From positions 12,958,001 through 13,022,000 of the forward strand of contig OZ234494.1 of the NCBI GenBank assembly GCA_965153455.1: a stretch of 64,000 nucleotides of DNA, in the 5' to 3' direction. This DNA is from Sphagnum compactum. Lineage: Eukaryota. The position numbers and the translations under genes were made by a program. The notes below the pieces were generated by a model. It was not told the origin of the DNA, did not search any database, and worked only from the letters and a program-made list of their open reading frames with translations. Below, in pieces: positions 12,301 to 22,599 of the stretch; within the stretch, counting starts at the first letter, position 1; each line of letters starts with the position of its first letter.

Positions 12301-15300
12301 GGAACGGTTTGGGGAGCTCATGGGTTACAAACTCAATCCTGTGTACCTGTCGGCAAGCAACTTGTGCAAGTGGTGCAAGTCTCTCTCTCCCACAACCACT
12401 ATCGAATGCGAGTGGCTGCCCTCAAGGCTATCCGCAGGTTACCACATCCCCCTAACTTTCTTCTCTTGACATCACTTAATCTGCTTTTCTTCAAACACTT
12501 CTTCCAGAGAAGAAAGAAACATGGCAAAAAACAAATCTCAAACCCCACAGAAAAGAAAGCCCAAGACAAACAGGATCACCGGAAATCTTCTGAACAGCAT
12601 TTGCTGTTGCTGCTGCTGCTGATGATGATGATGTGAACTTGCTGATGTTGGAAATGATGTTACTGATGTTGCAGGCTAGTTATGTGTGGAGCACACGATG
12701 CAATTTATGAGCTGACAGCATATCGAGATCCAAATCTGATACCTATCAAATGTTTCTATGAACTGGACCCCAAAGTAAGAAGATGAGAGTTGGTCAAGCT
12801 CTAGAAGACTTCTTGGGATTCTACAGTGAATATTTATGTGCGCTTGATGAAACCTTGAAATTTCAGTGTGTTTGACATGCTGTATGTGTGTGTGTGTGTG
12901 TGTGGACCTAGACTCATTACTTTGCTGTATTGGCTACTGATCGAAATTCTTCAGCAAGAGAAGAACTGTACAGAACCATTGCCTGTTGGTTATGTGAGCT
13001 TGGTGAAAGAAAAGAACATCAGACCCTGACTTGTTCCGTAAGAAGTTTTACAAACTTCTCTCAAAATCTTTCTTTGCAATATATCATTGGTAGTGTTTTT
13101 CTGAATTCCATGTGTCACTGTTTGTCAAAAACCAAGTTCATCAACAATTTTTTCTTCAAGCTTGACAGGAGCGAGGTTCTCTCCTCTGTTTGTCTTCTTT
13201 TTTCTATGATCAAAACCATGCAATCCAGTACAATCTCCATGAGCACTGGAATTGGAAAGAATTGATCAGGTACTTATTGGCTGGCTTTCAAGATCCAAGC
13301 CCACACTTGCGTGAGCTTGCCTTGAAACTCATTGAGGAAGTTGGCCTACAGTATGTACTTCATTACTTATCCTACAGAATATTTGAGAGATTGTTGGTGG
13401 TACTTGTCTTTTCTCCTCCAACATTCCTGCAATTAAGTGCTCCTGAAAAGAGGACTTCTGAGCAACACAAACTTTGGTGATCTCAAATTTAGCACATAGT
13501 AACTTGAAGATTATGATCGGTCTAGCTGAGAATATAGAGCTTCTTGGCAAGTTAGACAAAGCAAAGTGCTTCAACATCACATTTGAGGAAATGGCAATTA
13601 CACTGAGAGTTGTGAGAGTTGAGTACTGAGAGAAATTGCATTTAAAACATGCCGTAAAATATTGATCAACAAATCTTGATCCTCCAGGTATGAGGAAGAG
13701 AATGAGAAGGAGGTGAAGGATACCCACACGTATCTTACTGAAGATATTGATGACATTGTCTCTCTAACTGGAGCACCCTTGCCTCATCCCTTCACACGTG
13801 TGTTCTCTTGAACCCTCCCCTTGAAGAATCTCTCCCCCCCCCTCCTCGTGTTCTCATTGATGAAGACAACACGTAGTTGTCAAACCTAAAGGCAACAAGA
13901 AGTACAAATAGATCTCTATTCTAGGTGTTTCTGTATTTTTGTCCAGAGTTCGCTTCAGAACAGGTCCATCAGATGAAGAAGAATTTGCTTGAAAAATTGG
14001 GGGAAATTCCATGATACTAGCAAGCAAGCTCAAGATCAGAAGCAAACAATTGAGGCAACATTGTAGCAAACAGACAGACACATGACCGACATTGAACAAG
14101 AATCGAACATTAATGTGTATTCTTCTTCTCTCATGTGCAGGAAGACCATGCTTAGGTGCCAGGATCATGGTGAAGAGTGTGACAGCCATCATATTGCATG
14201 CTATTGCTGGTGATTTGGAATGTTGGATGTGTGGTACACAGGAGTTAGCCACAGATTTTTCTGGTCACGCTGCTCATGTTTGCTGAGGGCAATATCACCA
14301 TGCATCTCCAACCCCTTGTCAAACTCCTGCACAAGGCTCTGAGCCACCCATCAATTGAATCTAAGTTAAGCTTTTCTCATTTATGATTTCACACGGGCCA
14401 GTTACAGAACTACATGCGCACACATGACTATACTTCAGATATTTCATTGTAGCTTCACACCTCATGCTCAGAATGAGTGGAACAAAGAATGACAATGAGG
14501 AAGCCTGGAGAGGAAATGAGACAACAATAGGCTGGAGTCTAGGAAATCCTGCTCTCTTCAAAGTCTCACTTCAGATTGCAATTGCATGCCTTTGACAATT
14601 GTAGATTCTGGAAAGTGCTAAGCTTCTGGGTTTATTCGTGTCGCCAAGCTCCTACCTTCCAATCATGCTCCCATGAGTAAGTGGGTGTGATGTGAATGCA
14701 GATGTGTCAGTGCAGACTGTGGGGCATGCTTTGCATCTGCTTGCAGGCATTGAAAGGAAGTGCTTCTGAACAAATACTGCCACACATACCTGAGATCTGT
14801 TGTACCCTCACAGATTGCCATCTAATGACCAGCATCCAACAGTACAGAGCCCACCGCTCACTCCCACATCACAATGCCATGAATTGTCATCATTCTGCAG
14901 AGGTTTTCTATGATGCTTAGACAGTCTAAGAGACAGTCTGAATCTGGGAAAATATTGGCAGGGTTCAGGGGGGTGAATGAAGGTGTGATTGCGGTGGCAG
15001 ATCAGTTGATCAGGGCTTGGCATCTGGACAATGCTGCAAAGAAGTAACAACTATGCTCTGGCTATTACTCAATGTTGCTGCCGTTGCAGATTTTTGTTCT
15101 CGATCACCTGTGAAGGTTTGTTCCCATTCTATCCCAAGACACTGAAGAGCCACACACTTCGAAGTAAAAAGAAAGTAGAGAATTCTGCAGATGATGCACA
15201 GTTCAAGGATGTTTTGCACAGTGACTATTTCGAATGAGACCAATGTCAAGGGGTGGGTGTGTATGATATGAATTCTGATGCCTGGACTCAGTGGTCGTTC

Positions 15301-16558
15301 TTCGTCTTCTGTGCAAAAAACAGGCTGAATCTGCAATTCAAAACTTGGCTCTATCATCTGGGCATAGTTCACAACAATCAATGATTGCAGCATATGTTGG
15401 TGAAATGCTGCAAATTCTGCCACATCCTAAATTCTGGGCTCTGCGCTCCTTAGGTGCACTGGTTTATTGCAGGCTTCTCAAATCAGCGTTTTTGCTGAAT
15501 GCTGATACACTAGAGCGGTATGTCAATCCTCCCCTACACAAAATACAGATGGTGTAAGTACTGGCCTATCTACTTGTTGCATTAGGCTCCCAGACTTTCT
15601 TCAATCAGTGGAAGTTCAGTTCCTGAGCATGTCAGAGGACAAACCCAGGCCATTTGTTTATACAGATTGGCTTGAAAAGTTGACAGATATAAAAGCACTT
15701 GTGTTGGCCAGGTTGATAGAGTCCTTCCACAGCTGCATGCAGGAGTATGCTGATCAGGGTGTGAAATTACGGTTAGCCCTTTGAGGCTCAGTTCCTGCAA
15801 TTCCTTCATTCCCTACAGTTTTTTTTTCCTGTTCACATGCATTTGCAAACATGAATTTCATGGATTACCCCAGGTTGTTGAATGACGTGAGATCGATGAT
15901 AGCAAATCAACCAATTGAAGCTTGGCCGGAAACAGACAAGAAGCAAGTGAGCCAACTTGTGGAACAGTTTTTTGTCCCCTGCTTGCAGCATGGACTAGAG
16001 CAACAATTGCTGATTATTCCCACACTTGATGCTATTCAAGACATACTATCAAAGCCATGGCCAACATCCTTAACTGCTGACAACCCATCCTTCCATGATG
16101 CATTGACAATGCTCCTCAATATTGTTGAGAACTGCCTTGAGAAAGCCAGCCAAGATGAAAAAACAGATCAGCAGTCAGGTAGAATTACAGATGACAACAA
16201 CAGCACAAAAGCTCAAATAGCTCAAGACAACAAGAGCAAGAAAGACAAGTGCCATGTCCAAGAAGATCATGATGATGTCCAACTCAATACAATCAATGAT
16301 AAGTGTAGAGGTTTGATGCACACCCTCCTAACTTATCACATCACTATTTTCTTTCTTCCCACTGAATGCTTGATATACACAAGAGTACTGACCCACATTT
16401 TGCTTTGCTTGTACCCATCCAGAAATAATTGCATTCCTGTGCAAGTATATGAGGAATCCACAATGAATGACAAGCACCTGGGCAATTCATGGTCCCAAGC
16501 TATACTCAAAGTATTCAACCATAAGTGGGTGATTCTTTCACATTCTCGATCTTATTAG
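9382..16558 (+). pseudogene. DNAAF5: Intron-containing pseudogene of dynein axonemal assembly factor 5 (HEATR2-like HEAT-repeat protein)
   Basis: GT-AG exons give colinear HEATR2-type motifs: LNRDLNCLVD..AALLRL, KPLLRRFADSSEKCR, LPYVLPVITERM, ETSEEVRLQL, HNHYRMRVAAL, YFAVLATDRNSSAREE..IACWL, YEEENEKEVKD, RPCLGARIMV..GDLECW, LLMFAEGNITMHL, SAKLLGLFVSP. Lesions: frameshifts at ~10020-10047, ~10750, 12338-12350 (+8), ~13026, ~14256-14260 and ~14750; stops TAG 10583-10585 and TGA 14674-14676. Confidence 0.85.
9856..10123 (+). repeat. Coding tandem duplication (~135 bp, ~45 aa) in the N-terminal extension of the DNAAF5-like gene
   Basis: PQSSSSSILLNQSLNSEACSEPDQSHTFNCCSLKISEEDVAA repeats as PQSCSSTL...LNAEACNEPDQSSGSYCSLKMSEEDDVAA. 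The second unit contains a frameshift. Confidence 0.8.
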
Positions 16559-16854
16559 CTGATACTTCTAACCTCATGGATTTGGATTTGATGGCATGGA
16601 TGCAAATGCAACCATATGGATGATGGTCATATCAACCATGAATGTAATGAGACCTACACTAGTGTACTCAAACATAGTTCATGGATGCAATGCAACCATA
16701 ATGGCTGATGGTCATTTTCATTCATGAATGTAATGTAGAGAATCGAAACCATGAATCATCATAATAAATGATGTTTTGCACCTGTACCATGCCACCATGT
16801 ACAAGTATTCAAACATAAGTGGGTGATTCTTTCACATTCTTGATCTTATTAACC
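16507..16854. repeat. Two short nested direct duplications next to the palindrome breakpoint
   Basis: aagtattcaa-cataagtgggtgattctttcacattct-gatcttatta at ~16509-16557 and ~16803-16851; atggatgcaa-tgcaaccata-tgg-tgatggtcat...catgaatgtaatg at ~16596-16649 and ~16681-16735. Confidence 0.8.
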
Positions 16855-16855
16855 T

Positions 16856-19800
16856 TTGAAAATTTCCACATTATACGATGGTCTCAACAACTCCCACTAG
16901 AAGCACTGACTGCTTCTGATTGGCCGACCATGATGATTGACCTTGGTTATGGCATTTAAATAGCCTCTCATGTATGATCTTTTAGTGTCCAATTTGTCAT
17001 GTTTCTGTGTGGGGCTTGGAAAACAGTTAACACTCTAAGAAGTGTATAAAAGTTTCATAAAAGCTTAAAAGTTCATGTATTTCAATCCTGGAGATTAGTG
17101 CAGTGTCCAGACTCCAAATCCAAGATGATCAATGTCCAGGGATGGTTTAAACTACTATTGTGTTGGGAAATGGTCATTGTAAAGTGGAGAGAAAGTAGAC
17201 AAGCTTTTCACAAAGTATCACGATACAAAGTAAGGAAAACGATGTCCAGGGGTGGTCTAAGATTATTGTTTTGGACATTGTCATTGTAAAGAGTAGACAA
17301 GTAGACAAGCAGACAAGCTTTACACAAATTAATGTCATAATGCAAAAGAATGGGAAATGCTTGCGTGATATACATGCACACCTCTGGGGGAGTCTTGGGC
17401 AAAGAACTAACTGAAAATAAGGCGACAAGGTTGTGGCTATTACATCCATATCCTGTACAACTTTCATTAGTTTGTATACATTTCATGAATGGTTTCTGTT
17501 CATTCACCCTATGACCACTCCAGCATAGTGCTTAGGGCAACAGAAACGCACAGCAACATTGATGTGTGACCTTTTGAACTCTGAAGGTGTGGTGCAAGTG
17601 TTGTGGTTGGTGCACTAAATGTACCCTAACTAATTTGTTGGTAGAAAGTAGAAAGTTGTCAGGCCCCATGCCTATGTTATTATCAACTTGCTGGCATAAC
17701 ACGGTGAAACCTGCCAGCAAATTGTGTGAAGGAGTAGACAATTTGATGTTGGTACCAATTTTTAGTCATGGTAATAGAACTTGTTTTGTCGTCACAACTG
17801 TTTTTTGGGGGGGGCCCAAAGTGTTGATGTGCAACTTTGATCATATATTTTAGTAGTTGCTTGTGTTCCAAGATTCGTACCAGCTAAGATCATATGAGAT
17901 GTGGAACGTCGTGATATTTCAGGGGGTGGCTCTTGTTTGTCAAGTGAGTGGTGCAGTTTGTATTTTTTTGTCACATGTGATAAAATGTTACCCACACAAA
18001 TGAGATGAGAGTGACGGTGTAAGTACACCCCTCAACATAGCAAATGATCACCCTACAATCAGGCTATAAAATATACACCACAAGTTCAGAAAAAATAGGT
18101 TAAGTTGGCCCTTACTTCTTAAATGCAAATGCTGGATTTCAGGAAACAGTGACCTAATAACACAAATTCTAGGGCTATGTACTTGGTATGAAACAAAACC
18201 CCAAAAAAAAAAAAAAAAAAAAAAGCTCGCAACCTAGTGTATGTATTCAGCCATCAGTCTAGGCCACATTCTTTTGTGCTCCTTGTTCCCTGTTGGTGTT
18301 GGGGAAACGGCTCTAGATGCCAACAATTTGTTTTTCTTTACCAGGGCAGCATTCATGACTGGTAGGCAGTTCCCCCATCTAAACCAGAAAGTTTATAGTT
18401 GAAAGTTTATAGTTCATAACTTGTGGGCCTCCACCCACCTATCTGTAACTCTACTAATGTTTACCACATCTAACATTGAGGGTTAATTATCTCCCCATCT
18501 CCACCCGAAAAGGGGAGCATTGATGTAATTTACTTGTGCACATAAGAACTGCAAAATAAACATAGAGTGAGTCTCTTGCACATGCCCTGGGCTCATAAGT
18601 GATGAATGCATAATCCCTGTGTTTCAGAAATAATGGCCTCCCCTCTTCCTTCATCCATGAGTACGCCATTTGTCAACACCTTCGGTTTCCCACGATGTGC
18701 ACAAATTGTGTCGAAAATCGAAACCTATCAGCCGTGAAGACAACTAACAATTGCCCATCTAAGGAAAAAAATCAGTAGTAGGGGGCTGGATTTCTCAAAG
18801 GGGAATGCAGTGTGTTGCTATAAGTGGCTACCGATGGTTGTGGATGGGACCAAAGTAAGCGTCGCCCACACCCAATATGTAACTTCTTACCTCATACATA
18901 TACCGCATTTGCAACAACCACAGAACGACTAATCATATATATAAAGTCACTACGTCCGTCCGTGACGGAGCTCGGGTTTCACGCGGACCGGGCCCGGCGC
19001 GCGCGTCGAGGTCCTGAAACCCAGGTCTTGAGAAAAAAAAAGAGAAGAGTAGCAGTCCCAAGTGAGAAGAACAACAAGAGGAACCAACCAGGAGAAAAGT
19101 AATAATAGCAGTATGAGACCGGGCCCGGCAAGTCCGGTCGACCGGGCCCGGGTGCGTTGTCTGTCTGTCCGTCGAGGTCCTGAAAGTCGAGGTCCTGTCC
19201 GTCCGTCGAGGTCCTGAAACCGAGATCGGGACCCGCCTGTCCGTCCGTCTGGTCGAGGTCCTGAAACCTGCCTGGCTCCTCTTTTCCGGGTTTTCGTGAA
19301 ACCCGGCAGTTCTGTGCACGAAAACCCGGCAGTTCTGTGATTATGTGGATGAAATATTATTCGTTCTTAGTTCCGTGCAATGAGCTCAGAGTTCTGGATG
19401 GGTGGTTATGAGGATGAGATATGATGTATTTGTAGTTCCGTCCAATTAGGAGGAATGATTTGTGGATGAAATATTAAAGATTTTGTAGTTTTGTCCACTT
19501 AGAGTTTTCGATGGATTGATTATGTGGATGAAATATTTATGTATTCGTAAGTTCCGTCCAATTAGGAGTTCTGGATGGATGATTATGCAGGTGAGTATGG
19601 GGACTCCCAGTTTTTTCCCAGTGCCGTGTCGTGCCTTGCAGGCACGGGAGCCCACTAGTATAGTGAATTTTCCTAAAGTGGAAGGTTCAGCAGATGAGCC
19701 AATGATTTTTTGCAGTTGCGAAGATTGAATCATGACAAACATGTGTGGTGGAAGAATTTGGGAAAAAAAAGTAAATCCAATCTGTTTAGTCGGTTGGGAT

Positions 19801-22418
19801 CAGGTTCCCTTCTTTTCTTGACCAATTGAATTGAAGTTTCCTAGTTACAACACCCCAACACAACAATGCCAAAGAAATGGACAGACCATATCTGCAGGCT
19901 TTCCATTTAGGGGTTGAAGGACAAGCCTGAGCTTCGTTAGGGTACAGTTGGGGTTACCATTTTGGGCAGGGTGCGACGAACATGGGCCAAACACAAAATG
20001 GGCAACTCTTGGCTTTTAGCCATCCGGCTGCCCTGCCCCACCATGTGCACATCCCTGCCTAGCCCACATATATTGGCCGCTCACTGCCCCTTCAGTGCCA
20101 TCTCCTTTTTCTCTCTCTCTCTCTCGCGCCTCACGGCCCCAAGCACTTCTTCTTCGCTTACGACCTCATGCTTTGCTGCCTCCAGCAACATGCCTGTCGG
20201 TCTCATGCCTTGGAGCGTTGCAAAGAGTGACGAGCCAAGTCGCATCGAGAGCGGCTGACAGTGCGACTCGTGCATATTGCGTTTGGTAATTGTGATTTAT
20301 TATCTGCAGGTGTTACCTTATTGAAGTCGCATCTAGAGAGAGAGAAAGATGCCAAGTCTCTGAGTGACCGAGTGCAGAGTACTCTGGGTCATTGCTGGTC
20401 GTGATGAGACTATGTTGTTTCGACAGTAGCATGGAGTTGCCGTTCAGTTGCAGAGATAGAAGCTGCTACGTCATCCAGTTGCTGTTGTAAGTGTTTTTGC
20501 AGATGTGAAATATCCAGGCTTCAATACTGTGTTCAGATTAGTGTGGGCTGTGCAGTTTGTTTTGTTTCACCTTGGAAATTAGGCTGGGAAGTCATGGGGT
20601 TTGCGATCAGAAATTGCGAGTGTTGCACTATAAATGTCTTCAAGGTGGCCTCCTTGTTCTTGTTTAGTTAGCAATCTGATTTAGGAGCAACAACTTTTCA
20701 CTTGTAGAATGTTTCTTAATTGGTTTTGGTCTTAAAAATTTCAAAGCTGAAGTTCAAAAATAAGGAGTGCTTTCTTTGTTTCAAGAGTTCTCAAATTTTG
20801 ACCCTTTTATCTAGCATTGCATGGAGTCTATGTCTGGAGCATTCAAAATTTCATAAAAAGAATTCACATTTATTATGCAAAGAAAATTTGTTTTTATTTT
20901 GTTTAGTATGAATGAAATGAAAAAAAATTTAAAAATGATTCGGACATAGCCTTCATGCATACTAGAAGAGTGTCAAAACATGTGAATTCTTGAAATTGTT
21001 CTTACAAATCTTCTATCGAATTGTCCTCCAAGTAATAACATGAGAAATCATCTCAATTTAGGTAAGTGCACTCAAACTCAGTTTTTCTCAACTTGTTTCT
21101 GATTTGACAATTTTCTGTGATGGCGCTGACCTGGTACTACCCTCACTGTGAAAAACTTCCAAATGACTTTGCAGCACCGCAACTTGCAGGATCATGAGCA
21201 CATAGACTTCTGCTGTATCGTTAGAGTGGTGGTGAAAAGCCTCAGTAGCCGAGGCAGCTACAACTTCCTAGTTAAATCTGGTTTTATAGATCCAGTGTGT
21301 GCAGCGTACCAGCTGGGGATTTCAAGCGATGAAGAGACTGAGTAGTTGCAGCTAATGAGGTTTCCATCACACTCAGGCAACAACTTTCACCTCACTTATG
21401 TTCGATGATTGATAGTGCTCACTGCCGTGTGAGCAGCCTCGAGTCTCGACTAAGTTTCGAAAGAGCAGGAAGGTGAAGATCCTAAACTAAATCGTTTGTG
21501 AATCTATGTAGAAGTTAATTCTTTTTATGATGATTAAACATGCAGCCAGATAACACTTGATCTCATTCTATCATTTTTGGAAAGCGACATGATCGCGAGC
21601 CTAACGCTTAGACTGTGTTCAAACATGCAGCCGCAGTACTTGTACCACATATCTGGAGATTAGTCCGGAGGACAGGATGGTGTTGAACATGCAGCAGAGG
21701 AGCTGATGATCGATAGCCACAAATTCTCGAACAACACGCTAAATTTCAGAATTTCTGTCGCATCATCTAAGGTGCTGTTTTTGGAAAACGACTCGATTGA
21801 GACTCCAGAGTCGGTCGAACTCGTCCTTGCACGGAACTGAGTGCATTGCCAGAGAGTTCTGCTGTCTATCAGGACCAGAGCTTCAACTGAAATCGCCTAG
21901 ATACATCATATTACAATTAGCTTCTTCACTTGTCTTATGAAGTTTTGCAAGTCAAATTCATTATTGAAAGGAGGTGAAAATAGCAAGGTGGAGATCATCT
22001 TTCCACAGGAATTTATACAATATTGAAGTTCTGAACTTCTGAGTTAGAAATAACCTGGGTCCAACTCATGAACATGTAGAAGAAGCACAAGAACTCATGT
22101 CTTTGCCATACTTGCAACAATAGTAGCAAACGAAAAAACTTCCAGCTACAAACATGGTGGCGAGCACCTATAGCGTCAATAGCTTCCTCCATATTTTGGA
22201 ATGACAACATATTAAAGAATGCATGAGAGATGCATAAGTTGTTAATTATCATATTGTAAAAGTTGTAACTCATGTTAAAAATGGACTTTCATGAAACCAA
22301 AAAGGAGCCATTTATCAACCATGTTTTGATTCATAGTCTTTTATAATATAATTTAATCATGTTTTTATCTTGGAGAAAATACTTATTCCATTGTATTGCT
22401 TGGTGTTGTTGACATCAT
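16856..22418 (+). repeat. Left arm of a large inverted repeat (includes a 726-bp Helitron absent from the right arm)
   Basis: Reverse complement of 49068-53918 throughout. Paired ORFs are near-identical (22013-22273 vs 49213-49473; 17208-17507 vs 53267-53566). Confidence 0.95.
18933..19658 (+). mobile_element. Non-autonomous Helitron, 726 bp
   Basis: Starts TC(ATATAT) and ends CTAG. Hairpin cgtgcct-tgc-aggcacg at 19630-19646. Inserted at A|T with no TSD. The empty site gactaa|tatagtg is present in the right arm (~51835-51847). Confidence 0.93.
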
Positions 22419-22599
22419 CCTTTGCAATGTGATCAAAAAAATTTGATGAAGAAAAATGACCAAAGTAGAAAGATGAGGGCCTTTTGTCCCCTTCAAGCTC
22501 CAAATGGCATTGGCACAATTGTATAAAAACACATTGCCATGTTTGTGTAAGCAACCAAATACCTCATTTGTTAAGGGGAGGAATTGGTCAGTGGGGTGT

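Noticed and set aside
18824-19319. Arg-rich ORFs of 92 and 128 aa
   Set aside because: By-products of the GC-rich repeats in the Helitron.
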